A stretch of 40,695 bases of DNA, taken from NCBI GenBank assembly GCA_002189035.1, contig NEEC01000262.1, positions 1 to 40,695 of the forward strand, read 5' to 3'. Positions 12,701 through 25,204 of this stretch are shown piece by piece. Position 1 is the first letter of the stretch. Every line of letters starts with the position of its first letter. The notes beneath the pieces are model-generated. The model did no database searches. It worked only from the letters and a program-made list of their open reading frames with translations, and was not told where the DNA came from. Source of the DNA: Utricularia gibba (Eukaryota > Plantae > Magnoliophyta). Made by a program: the position numbers and the translations under genes.

Positions 12701-15700
12701 GAAAAAATCATGTGGGGTGCACGTGATATCGCAATTTAAACAAATGCAACATTGTATTCATCGATTTGCATCCTTTTGTCCTCATGAGCCATAAAGAATC
12801 GCGGGCCCGGACCAAGTTCCTAGCGAGACTGGCCGCCACAAACGAGAAGCTGTTCCTTGAAAAACCATGTAGGCAACACCGAACCGAACGTTAATAAATA
12901 CATTTTTTTTGCCGGCTACAACTTACTTTGGGCCAAGGCCTAAGCTGACCTTTTTCCGGTTCCAAGTGCCCCCAAGACCGCCTCCTCATGTATAAAGTAT
13001 GTTGTTAAAAAATCATGTGGGGTGCACGTGACATCGTAATTTAAACAAATGCATCATTTTTTTTAATCGATTTGCATCCAGTTGACCTCATGAGCCATAC
13101 AGAATCGGGGTCAAGGACCAAGTTCCCAGCGAGACTGGCCGCCACAAAACGAGAAGCGGTTCCTTGAAAAACCATGTAGGCAGCCCGAAAACCGAACGAT
13201 AATAAATACATCACTTTATTTGCCGGACTACAACTAACTCTCGGTGCAAGCCAAACCTTACCTTTGTCCCGTTCCAGGTGCACCCAAAGACCGCCTGCTC
13301 AAGTATAAAGTAAGTTGTTGAAAAAATCATGTGGGGTGCACGTGATATCGCAATTTAAACAAATGCAACATTGTATTCATCGATTTGCATCCTTTTGTCC
13401 TCATGAGCCATAAAGAATCGCGGGCCCGGACCAAGTTCCTAGCGAGACTGGCCGCCACAAAACGAGAAGCTGTTCCTTGAAAAACCATGTAGGCAACACC
13501 GAAAACCGAACGTTAATAAATACATCACTTTCTTTGCCGGGCTACAACTTACTTTGGGCCAAGGCCTAAGCTGATCTTTTTCCGGTTCCAAGTGCCCCCA
13601 AAGACCGCCTTCTCAAGTATAAAGTAAGTTGTTGAAAAAATCATGTGGGGTGCACGTGACATCGTAATTTAAACAAATGCATCATTTTTTTTAATCGATT
13701 TGCATCCAGTTGACCTCATGAGCCATACAGAATCGGGGTCAAGGACCAAGTTCCCAGCGAGACTGGCCGCCACAAAACGAGAAGCGGTTCCTTGAAAAAC
13801 CATGTAGGCAGCCCCCGAAAACCGAACGATAATAAATACATCACTTTATTTGCCGGACTACAACTAACTCTCGGTGCAAGCCAAACCTTACCTTTGTCCC
13901 GTTCCAGGTGCACCCAAAGACCGCCTGCTCAAGTATAAAGTAAGTTGTTGAAAAAATCATGTGGGGTGCACGTGATATCGCAATTTAAACAAATGCAACA
14001 TTGTATTCATCGATTTGCATCCTTTTGTCCTCATGAGCCATAAAGAATCGCGGGCCCGGACCAAGTTCCTAGCGAGACTGGCCGCCACAAAACGAGAAGC
14101 TGTTCCTTGAAAAACCATGTAGGCAACACCGAAAACCGAACGTTAATAAATACATCACTTTCTTTGCCGGGCTACAACTTACTTTGGGCCAAGGCCTAAG
14201 CTGATCTTTTTTCCGGTTCCAAGTGCACCCAAGACCGCCTTCTCAAGTATAAAGTAAGTTGTTGAAAAAATCATGTGGGGTGCACGTGACATCATAATTT
14301 AAACAAATGATCATTTTTTTAATCGATTTGCATCCAGTTGACCTCATGAGCCATACAGAATCGGGGTGGACCAAGTTCCCAGCGAGACTGGCCGCCACAA
14401 AACGAGAAGCGGTTCCTTGAAAAACCATGTAGGCAGCCCCCGAAAACCGAACGATAATAAATACATCACTTTATTTGCCGGACTACAACTAACTCTCGGC
14501 AAGCCAAACCTTACCTTTGTCCCGTTCCAGGTGCACCCAAAGACCGCCTCTCAAGTATAAAGTAAGTTGTTGAAAAAATCATGTGGGGTGCACGTGATAT
14601 CGCAATTTAAACAAATGCAACATTGTATTCATCGATTTGCATCCTTTTGTCCTCATGAGCCATAAAGAATCGCGGGCCCGGACCAAGTTCCTAGCGAGAC
14701 TGGCGCCACAAAACGAGAAGCTGTTCCTTGAAAAACCATGTAGGCAACACGAAAACCGAACGTTAATAAATACATCACTTTCTTTGCCGGGCTACAACTT
14801 ACTTTGGGCCAAGGCCTAAGCTGACCTTTTTCCGGTTCCAAGTGCCCCCAAGACCGCCTCCTCAGTATAAAGTATGTTGTTAAAAAATCATGTGGGGTGC
14901 ACGTGACATCGTAATTTAAACAAATGCATCATTTTTTTTAATCGATTTGCATCCAGTTGACCTCATGAGCCATACAGAATCGGGGTCAAGGACCAAGTTC
15001 CCAGCGAGACTGGCCGCCACAAAACGAGAAGCGGTTCCTTGAAAAACCATGTAGGCAGCCCCCGAAAACCGAACGATAATAAATACATCACTTTATTTGC
15101 CGGACTACAACTAACTCTCGTGCAAGCCAAACCTTACCTTTGTCCCGTTCCAGGTGCACCCAAAGACCGCCTCCTCAAGTATAAAGTAAGTTGTTGAAAA
15201 AATCATGTGGGGTGCACGTGATATCGCAATTTAAACAAATGCAACATTGTATTCATCGATTTGCATCCTTTTGTCCTCATGAGCCATAAAGAATCGCGGG
15301 CCCGGACCAAGTTCCTAGCGAGACTGGCCGCCACAAAACGAGAAGCTGTTCCTTGAAAAACCATGTAGGCAACACCGAAAACCGAACGTTAATAAATACA
15401 TCACTTTCTTTGCCGGGCTACAACTTACTTTGGGCCAAGGCCTAAGCTGACCTTTTTCCGGTTCCAAGTGCCCCAAGACCGCCTCCTCAGTATAAAGTAT
15501 GTTGTTAAAAAAATCATGTGGGGTGCACGTGACATCGTAATTTAAACAAATGCATCATTTTTTTAATCGATTTGCATCCAGTTGACCTCATGAGCCATAC
15601 AGAATCGGGGTCAAGGACCAAGTTCCCAGCGAGACTGGCCGCCACAAAACGAGAAGCGGTTCCTTGAAAAACCATGTAGGCAGCCCCCGAAAACCGAACG

Positions 15701-18700
15701 ATAATAAATACATCACTTTATTTGCCGGACTACAACTAACTCTCGTGCAAGCCAAACCTTACCTTTGTCCCGTTCCAGGTGCACCCAAACCGCCCGCTCA
15801 AGTATAAAGTAAGTTGTTGAAAAAATCATGTGGGGTGCACGTGATATCGCAATTTAAACAAATGCAACATTGTATTCATCGATTTGCATCCTTTTGTCCT
15901 CATGAGCCATAAAGAATCGCGGGCCCGGACCAAGTTCCTAGCGAGACTGGCCGCCACAAAACGAGAAGCTGTTCCTTGAAAAACCATGTAGGCAACACCG
16001 AAAACCGAACGTTAATAAATACATCACTTTCTTTGCCGGGCTACAACTTACTTTGGGCCAAGGCCTAAGCTGACTTTTTCCGGTTCCAAGTGCACCCAAA
16101 GACCGCCTTCTCAAGTATAAAGTAAGTTGTTGAAAAAATCATGTGGGGTGCACGTGACATCATAATTTAAACAAATGGATCATTTTTTTTAATCGATTTG
16201 CATCCAGTTGACCTCATGAGCCATACAGAATCGGGGTCAAGGACCAAGTTCCCAGCGAGACTGGCCGCCACAAAACGAGAAGCGGTTCCTTGAAAAACCA
16301 TGTAGGCAGCCCCCGAAAACCGAACGATAATAAATACATCACTTTATTTTGCCGGACTACAACTAACTCTCGGTGCAAGCCAAACCTTACCTTTGTCCCG
16401 TTCCAGGTGCACCCAAAGACCGCCTGCTCAAGTATAAAGTAAGTTGTTGAAAAAATCATGTGGGGTGCACGTGATATCGCAATTTAAACAAATGCAACAT
16501 TGTATTCATCGATTTGCATCCTTTTGTCCTCATGAGCCATAAAGAATCGCGGGCCCGGACCAAGTTCCTAGCGAGACTGGCCGCCACAAAACGAGAAGCT
16601 GTTCCTTGAAAAACCATGTAGGCAAACACCGAAACCGAACGTTAATAAATACATCACTTTCTTTGCCGGGCTACAACTTACTTTGGGCCAAGGCCTAAGC
16701 TGATCCCCCAAGTGCACCGCCTCCTCATGTATAAAGTAGTTGTTAAAAAAATCATGTGGGGTGCACGTGACATCGTAATTTAAACAAATGATCATTTTTT
16801 TTAATCGATTTGCATCCAGTTGACCTCATGAGCCATACAGAATCGGGGTCAAGGACCAAGTTCCCAGCGAGACTGGCCGCCACAAAACGAGAAGCGGTTC
16901 CTTGAAAAACCATGTAGGCAGCCCCCGAAAACCGAACGATAATAAATACATCACTTTATTTGCCGGACTACAACTAACTCTCGTGCAAGCCAAACCTTAC
17001 CTTTGTCCCGTTCCAGGTGCACCCAAAGACCGCCTGCTCAAGTATAAAGTAAGTTGTTGAAAAAATCATGTGGGGTGCACGTGATATCGCAATTTTAAAA
17101 AATGCATCATTTTTTCATCGATTTGCATCCATTGACCTCATGAGCCATAAAGAATCGCGGGCCCGGACCAAGTTCCTAGCGAGACTGGCCGCCACAAAAC
17201 GAGAAGCTGTTCCTTGAAAAACCATGTAGGCAACACCGAAAACCGAACGTTAATAAATACATCACTTTCTTTGCCGGCTACAACTTACTTTGGGCCAAGG
17301 CCTAAGCTGATCTTTTTCCGGTTCCAAGTGCACCCAAAGACCGCCTTCTCAGTATAAAGTAAGTTGTTGAAAAAATCATGTGGGGGCACGTGACATCATA
17401 ATTTAAACAAATGGATCTTTTTTTTAATCGATTTGCATCCAGTTGACCTCATGAGCCATACAGAATCGGGGTCAAGGACCAAGTTCCCAGCGAGACTGGC
17501 CGCCACAAACGAGAAGCGGTTCCTTGAAAAACCATGTAGGCAGCCCCCGAAAACCGAACGATAATAAATACATCACTTTATTTGCCGGACTACAACTAAC
17601 TCTCGTGCAAGCCAAACCTTTTTGTCCCGTTCCAGGTGCACCCAAGACCGCCTTCTCAAGTATAAAGTAAGTTGTTGAAAAAATCATGTGGGGTGCACGT
17701 GATATCGCAATTTAAACAAATGCAACATTGTATTCATCGATTTGCATCCTTTTGTCCTCATGAGCCATAAAGAATCGCGGGCCCGGACCAAGTTCCTAGC
17801 GAGACTGGCCGCCACAAAACGAGAAGCTGTTCCTTGAAAAACCATGTAGGCAACACCGAAAACCGAACGTTAATAAATACATCACTTTCTTTGCCGGGCT
17901 ACAACTTACTTTGGGCCAAGGCCTAAGCTGATCTTTTTCCGGTTCCAAGTGCCCCAAGACCGCCTTCTCAAGTATAAAGTAAGTTGTTGAAAAAATCATG
18001 TGGGGTGCACGTGACATCATAATTTAAACAAATGGATCATTTTTTTAATCGATTTGCATCCAGTTGACCTCATGAGCCATACAGAATCGGGGTCAAGGAC
18101 CAAGTTCCCAGCGAGACTGGCCGCCACAAAACGAGAAGCGGTTCCTTGAAAAACCATGTAGGCAGCCCCGAAAACCGAACGATAATAAATACATCACTTT
18201 ATTTGCCGGACTACAACTAACTCTCGGTGCAAGCCAAACCTTACCTTTGTCCCGTTCCAGTGCACCCAAGACCGCCTGCTCAAGTATAAAGTAAGTTGTT
18301 GAAAAAATCATGTGGGGTGCACGTGATATCGCAATTTAAACAAATGCAACATTTTATTCATCGATTTGCATCCATTTGACCTCATGAGCCATAAAGAATC
18401 GCGGGCCCGGACCAAGTTCCTAGCGAGACTGGCCGCCACAAAACGAGAAGCTGTTCCTTGAAAAACCATGTAGGCAACACCGAAAACCGAACGTTAATAA
18501 ATACATCACTTTCTTTGCCGGGCTACAACTTACTTTGGGCCAAGGCCTAAGCTGACCTTTTTCCGGTTCCAAGTGCCCCCAAGACCGCCTTCTCAAGTAT
18601 AAAGTAAGTTGTTAAAAAATCATGTGGGGTGCACGTGACATCGTAATTTAAACAAATGATCATTTTTTTTAATCGATTTGCATCCAGTTGACCTCATGAG

Positions 18701-21700
18701 CCATACAGAATCGGGGTCAAGGACCAAGTTCCCAGCGAGACTGGCCGCCACAAAACGAGAAGCGGTTCCTTGAAAAACCATGTAGGCAGCCCCCGAAAAC
18801 CGAACGATAATAAATACATCACTTTATTTGCCGGACTACAACTAACTCTCGTGCAAGCCAAACCTTACCTTTGTCCCGTTCCAGGTGCACCCAAAGACCG
18901 CCTGCTCAAGTATAAAGTAAGTTGTTGAAAAAATCATGTGGGTGCACGTGATATCGCAATTTAAACAAATGCAAATCGATTTGCATCCTTTTGTCCTCAT
19001 GAGCCATAAAGAATCGCGGGCCCGGACCAAGTTCCTAGCGAGACTGGCCGCCACAAAACGAGAAGCTGTTCCTTGAAAAACCATGTAGGCAACACCGAAA
19101 ACCGAACGTTAATAAATACATCACTTTCTTTGCCGGCTACAACTTACTTTGGGCCAAGGCCTAAGCTGACCTTTTTCCGGTTCCAAGTGCCCAAAGACCG
19201 CCTCTCAAGTATAAAGTAAGTTGTTGAAAAAATCATGTGGGGTGCACGTGACATCGTAATTTAAACAAATGGATCATTTTTTTTAATCGATTTGCATCCA
19301 GTTGACCTCATGAGCCATACAGAATCGGGGTCAAGGACCAAGTTCCCAGCGAGACTGGCCGCCACAAAACGAGAAGCGGTTCCTTGAAAAACCATGTAGG
19401 CAGCCCCCGAAAACCGAACGATAATAAATACATCACTTTATTTGCCGGACTACAACTAACTCTCGTGCAAGCCAAACCTTACCTTTGTCCCGTTCCAGTG
19501 CACCCAAAGACCGCCCTCAAGTATAAAGTAAGTTGTTGAAAAAATCATGTGGGTGCACGTGATATCGCAATTTAAACAAATGCAACATTGATTCATCGAT
19601 TTGCATCCTTTTGTCCTCATGAGCCATAAAGAATCGCGGGCCCGGACCAAGTTCCTAGCGAGACTGGCCGCCACAAAACGAGAAGCTGTTCCTTGAAAAA
19701 CCATGTAGGCAACACCGAAAACCGAACGTTAATAAATACATCACTTTCTTTGCCGGGCTACAACTTACTTTGGGCCAAGGCCTAAGCTGACCTTTTTCCG
19801 GTTCCAAGTGCCCCAAGACCGCCTCCTCAGTATAAAGTAGTTGTTAAAAAATCATGTGGGGTGCACGTGACATCGTAATTTAAACAAATGCATCATTTTT
19901 TTTAATCGATTTGCATCCAGTTGACCTCATGAGCCATACAGAATCGGGTCAAGGACCAAGTTCCCAGCGAGACTGGCCGCCACAAAACGAGAAGCGGTTC
20001 CTTGAAAAACCATGTAGGCAGCCCCCGAAAACCGAACGATAATAAATACATCACTTTATTTGCCGGACTACAACTAACTCTCGTGCAAGCCAAACCTTAC
20101 CTTTGTCCCGTTCCAGGTGCACCCAAAGACCGCCTGCTCAAGTATAAAGTAAGTTGTTGAAAAATCATGTGGGTGCACGTGATATCGCAATTTAAACAAA
20201 TGCAACATTTTTTTCATCGATTTGCATCCTTTTGTCCTCATGAGCCATAAAGAATCGCGGGCCCGGACCAACCTAGCGAGACTGGCCGCCACAAAACGAG
20301 AAGCTGTTCCTTGAAAAACCATGTAGGCAACACGAAAACCGAACGTTAATAAATACATCACTTTCTTTGCCGGGCTACAACTTACTTTGGCCAAGGCCTA
20401 AGCTGACCTTTTTCCGGTTCCAAGTGCACCCAAAGACCGCCTTCTCAAGTATAAAGTAAGTTGTTGAAAAAATCATGTGGGTGCACGTGACATCGTAATT
20501 TAAACAAATGGATCATTTTTTTTAATCGATTTGCATCCAGTTGACCTCATGAGCCATACAGAATCGGGGTCAAGGACCAAGTTCCCAGCGAGACTGGCCG
20601 CCACAAAACGAGAAGCGGTTCCTTGAAAAACCATGTAGGCAGCCCCGAAAACCGAACGAATAAATACATCACTTTATTTGCCGGACTACAACTAACTCTC
20701 GTGCAAGCCAAACCTTACCTTTGTCCCGTTCCAGTGCACCCAAAGACCGCCTGCTCAAGTATAAAGTAAGTTGTTGAAAAATCATGTGGTGCACGTGATA
20801 TCGCAATTTAAACAAATGCAACATTGTATTCATCGATTTGCATCCTTTTGTCCTCATGAGCCATAAAGAATCGCGGGCCCGGACCAAGTTCCTAGCGAGA
20901 CTGGCCGCCACAAAACGAGAAGCTGTTCCTTGAAAAACCATGTAGGCAACACCGAAAACCGAACGTTAATAAATACATCACTTTCTTTGCCGGGCTACAA
21001 CTTACTTTGGGCCAAGGCCTAAGCTGACCTTTTTCCGGTTCCAAGTGCCCCCAAGACCGCCTCTCATGTATAAAGTATGTTGTTAAAAAATCATGTGGGT
21101 GCACGTGACATCGTAATTTAAACAAATGCATCATTTTTTTTAATCGATTTGCATCCAGTTGACCTCATGAGCCATACAGAATCGGGGTCAAGGACCAAGT
21201 TCCCAGCGACTGGCCGCCACAAAACGAGAAGCGGTTCCTTGAAAAACCATGTAGGCAGCCCCCGAAAACCGAACGATAATAAATACATCACTTTATTTGC
21301 CGGACTACAACTAACTTCTCGGCAAGAACCTTACCTTTGTCCCGTTCCAGTGCACCCAAAGACCGCCTGCTCAAGTATAAAGTAAGTTGTTGAAAAAATC
21401 ATGGGGTGCACGTGATATCGCAATTTAAACAAATGCACATTTTTTCATCGATTTGCATCCTTTTGACCTCATGAGCCATAAAGAATCGCGGGCCCGGACC
21501 AAGTTCCTAGCGAGACTGGCCGCCACAAAACGAGAAGCTGTTCCTTGAAAAACCATGTAGGCAACACCGAAAACCGAACGTTAATAAATACATCACTTTC
21601 TTTGCCGGCTACAACTTACTTTGGGCCAAGGCCTAAGCTGACCTTTTTCCGGTTCCAAGTGCACCCAAGACCGCCTTCTCAAGTATAAAGTAAGTTGTTG

Positions 21701-24160
21701 AAAAAATCATGTGGGGTGCACGTGACATCGTAATTTAAACAAATGGATCATTTTTTTAATCGATTTGCATCCAGTTGACCTCATGAGCCATACAGAATCG
21801 GGGTCAAGGACCAAGTTCCCAGCGAGACTGGCCGCCACAAAACGAGAAGCGGTTCCTTGAAAAACCATGTAGGCAGCCCCCGAAAACCGAACGATAATAA
21901 ATACATCACTTTATTTGCCGGACTACAACTTACTTTGGCAAGCCAAAAGCTACCTTTTTCCGGTTCCAAGTGCCCCCCAAAGACCGCCTCTCAAGTATAA
22001 AGTAAGTTGTTAAAAAATCATGTGGGGTGCACGTGATATCGCAATTTAAACAAATGCATTGTTTTCATCGATTTGCATCCTTTTGTCCTCATGAGCCATA
22101 AAGAATCGCGGGCCCGGACCAAGTTCCTAGCGAGACTGGCCGCCACAAAACGAGAAGCTGTTCCTTGAAAAACCATGTAGGCAACACCGAAAACCGAACG
22201 TTAATAAATACATCACTTTCTTTGCCGGGCTACAACTTACTTTGGGCCAAGGCCTAAGCTGATCTTTTTCCGGTTCCAAGTGCACCCAAAGACCGCCTTC
22301 TCAAGTATAAAGTAAGTTGTTGAAAAAATCATGTGGGTGCACGTGACATCATAATTTAAACAAATGGATCATTTTTTTAATCGATTTGCATCCAGTTGAC
22401 CTCATGAGCCATACAGAATCGGGGTCAAGGACCAAGTTCCCAGCGAGACTGGCCGCCAAAACGAGAAGCGGTTCCTTGAAAAACCATGTAGGCAGCCCCC
22501 GAAAACCGAACGATAATAAATACATCACTTTATTTGCCGGACTACAACTAACTCTCGTGCAAGCCAAACCTTACCTTTGTCCGTTCCAGGTGCACCCAAA
22601 GACCGCCTGCTCAAGTATAAAGTAAGTTGTTGAAAAAATCATGTGGGGTGCACGTGATATCGCAATTTAAACAAATGCAACATTTATTCATCGATTTGCA
22701 TCCTTTTGTCCTCATGAGCCATAAAGAATCGCGGGCCGGACCAAGTTCCTAGCGAGACTGGCCGCCACAAAACGAGAAGCTGTTCCTTGAAAAACCATGT
22801 AGGCAACACCGAAAACCGAACGTTAATAAATACATCACTTTCTTTGCCGGGCTACAACTTACTTTGGGCCAAGGCCTAAGCTGATCTTTTTCCGGTTCCA
22901 AGTGCACCCAAGACCGCCTTCTCAAGTATAAAGTAAGTTGTTGAAAAAATCATGTGGTGCACGTGACATCATAATTTAAACAAATGGATCATTTTTTTTA
23001 ATCGATTTGCATCCAGTTGACCTCATGAGCCATACAGAATCGGGTCAAGGACCAAGTTCCCAGCGAGACTGGCCGCCAAAACGAGAAGCGTTCCTTGAAA
23101 AACCATGTAGGCAGCCCCCGAAAACCGAACGATAATAAATACATCACTTTTCCGGACTACAACTAACTTTGGGCAAGCCAAAACCTTTTCCGTTCCAGTG
23201 CACCCAAAGACCGCCTCCTCAAGTATAAAGTAAGTTGTTGAAAAAATCATGTGGGGTGCACGTGATATCGCAATTTAAACAAATGCAACATTTTTTCATC
23301 GATTTGCATCCTTTTGTCCTCATGAGCCATAAGAATCGCGGGCCCGGACCAAGTTCCTAGCGAGACTGGCCGCCACAAAACGAGAAGCTGTTCCTTGAAA
23401 AACCATGTAGGCAACACCGAAAACCGAACGTTAATAAATACATCACTTTCTTTGCCGGGCTACAACTTACTTTGGGCCAAGCCTAAGCTGATCTTTTCCG
23501 GTTCCAAGTGCACCCAAAGACCGCCTTCTCAGTATAAAGTAAGTTGTTGAAAAAATCATGTGGGGTGCACGTGACATCATAATTTAAACAAATGGATCAT
23601 TTTTTTTAATCGATTTGCATCCAGTTGACCTCATGAGCCATACAGAATCGGGGTCAAGGACCAAGTTCCCAGCGAGACTGGCCGCCACAAAACGAGAAGC
23701 GGTTCCTTGAAAAACCATGTAGGCAGCCCCCGAAAACCGAACGATAATAAATACATCACTTTATTTGCCGGACTACAACTAACTCTCGGTGCAAGCCAAA
23801 CCTACCTTTGTCCCGTTCCAGGTGCACCCAAAGACCGCCTGCTCAAGTATAAAGTAAGTTGTTGAAAAAATCATGTGGGGTGCACGTGATATCGCAATTT
23901 AAACAAATGCAACATTGTATTCATCGATTTGCATCCTTTTGTCCTCATGAGCCATAAAGAATCGGGGGCCCGACCAAGTTCCTAGCGAGACTGGCCGCCA
24001 CAAAACGAGAAGCTGTTCCTTGAAAAACCATGTAGGCAACACCGAAAACGAACGTTAATAAATACATCACTTTCTTTGCCGGGCTACAACTTACTTTGGG
24101 CCAAGGCCTAAGCTGATCTTTTTCCGGTTCCAAGTGCACCCAAAGACCGCCTTCTCAAGT

Positions 24161-24215
24161 TGTAAAATTGTTGAAAGCAACATCATGTGAACGTTAATAA
24201 GTACATCACTTTCTT
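24161..24215 (+). other. Aberrant segment replacing the conserved monomer junction
   Basis: tgtaaaattgttgaaagcaacatcatgtgaacgttaataagtacatcactttctt stands where ataaagtaagttgttgaaaaaatcatgtggggtgcacgtgacat is expected. Its right part matches the B second half (gaacgttaataaatacatcactttctt). Confidence 0.85.
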
Positions 24216-24947
24216 CATAATTTAAACAAATGGATCATTTTTTTTAATCGATTTGCATCCAGTTGACCTCATGAGCCATACAGAATCGGGGTCAAGGACC
24301 AAGTTCCCAGCGAGACTGGCCGCACAAAACGAGAAGCGGTTCCTTGAAAAACCATGTAGGCAGCCCCCGAAAACCGAACGATAATAAATACATCACTTTA
24401 TTTGCCGGACTACAACTTACTTTAAGCCAAACCTACCTTTTTTCCGTTCCAAGTGCCCCCCAAAGACCGCCTCCTCATGTATAAAGTAGTTCTTAAAAAA
24501 TCATGTGGGTGCACGTGAGATCGTAATTTAAACAAATGTACATTTTTTTTAATCGATTTGCATCCTTTTGTCCTCATGAGCCATAAAGAATCGCGGGCCC
24601 GGACCAAGTTCCTAGCGAGACTGGCCGCCACAAAACGAGAAGCTGTTCCTTGAAAAACCATGTAGGCAACACCGAAAACCGAACGTTAATAAATACATCA
24701 CTTTCTTTGCCGGGCTACAACTTACTTTGGGCCAAGGCCTAAGCTGATCTTTTTCCGGTTCCAAGTGCCCCCCAAGACCGCCTTCTCAGTATAAAGTAGT
24801 TGTTTAAAAAAATCATGTGGGGTGCACGTGACATCATAATTTAAACAAATGGATCATTTTTTTTAATCGATTTGCATCCAGTTGACCTCATGAGCCATAC
24901 AGAATCGGGTCAAGGACCAAGTTCCCAGCGAGACTGGCCGCCACAAA

Positions 24948-25204
24948 ACGAGAAGCGGTTCCTTGAAAAACCATGTAGGCAGCCCCCGAAAACCGAACGA
25001 TATAAAATACATCACTTTATTTGCCGGACTACAACTAACTCTCGTGCAAGCCAAACCTTACCTTTGTCCCGTTCCAACGAGAAGCGGTTCCTTGAAAAAC
25101 CATGTAGGCAGCCCCCGAAAACCGAACGATAATAATACATCACTTTATTTGCCGGACTACAACTAACTCTCGTGCAAGCCAAACCTTACCTTTGTCCCGT
25201 TCCA
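24948..25204 (+). repeat. Internal tandem duplication of ~129 bp within an A monomer (monomer 24813-25254 is 442 bp)
   Basis: The segment acgagaagcggttcc...tttgtcccgttcca occurs at 24948-25076 and again at 25077-25204; junction gttcca|acgagaag. Confidence 0.92.

Larger units (their letters stand above)
1..21400 (+). repeat. Array domain 1: early junction haplotype common but mixed with late alleles
   Basis: Many B tails read ctgaCc...gtgCccc...cctCctcaTgtataaagtaTgttgttAaaa and are followed by A heads atcGtaat...atgCatc (e.g. 2091-2200, 2701-2815, 4881-5005, 5511-5630, 12331-12445, 12941-13060). Boundary is approximate. Confidence 0.75.
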
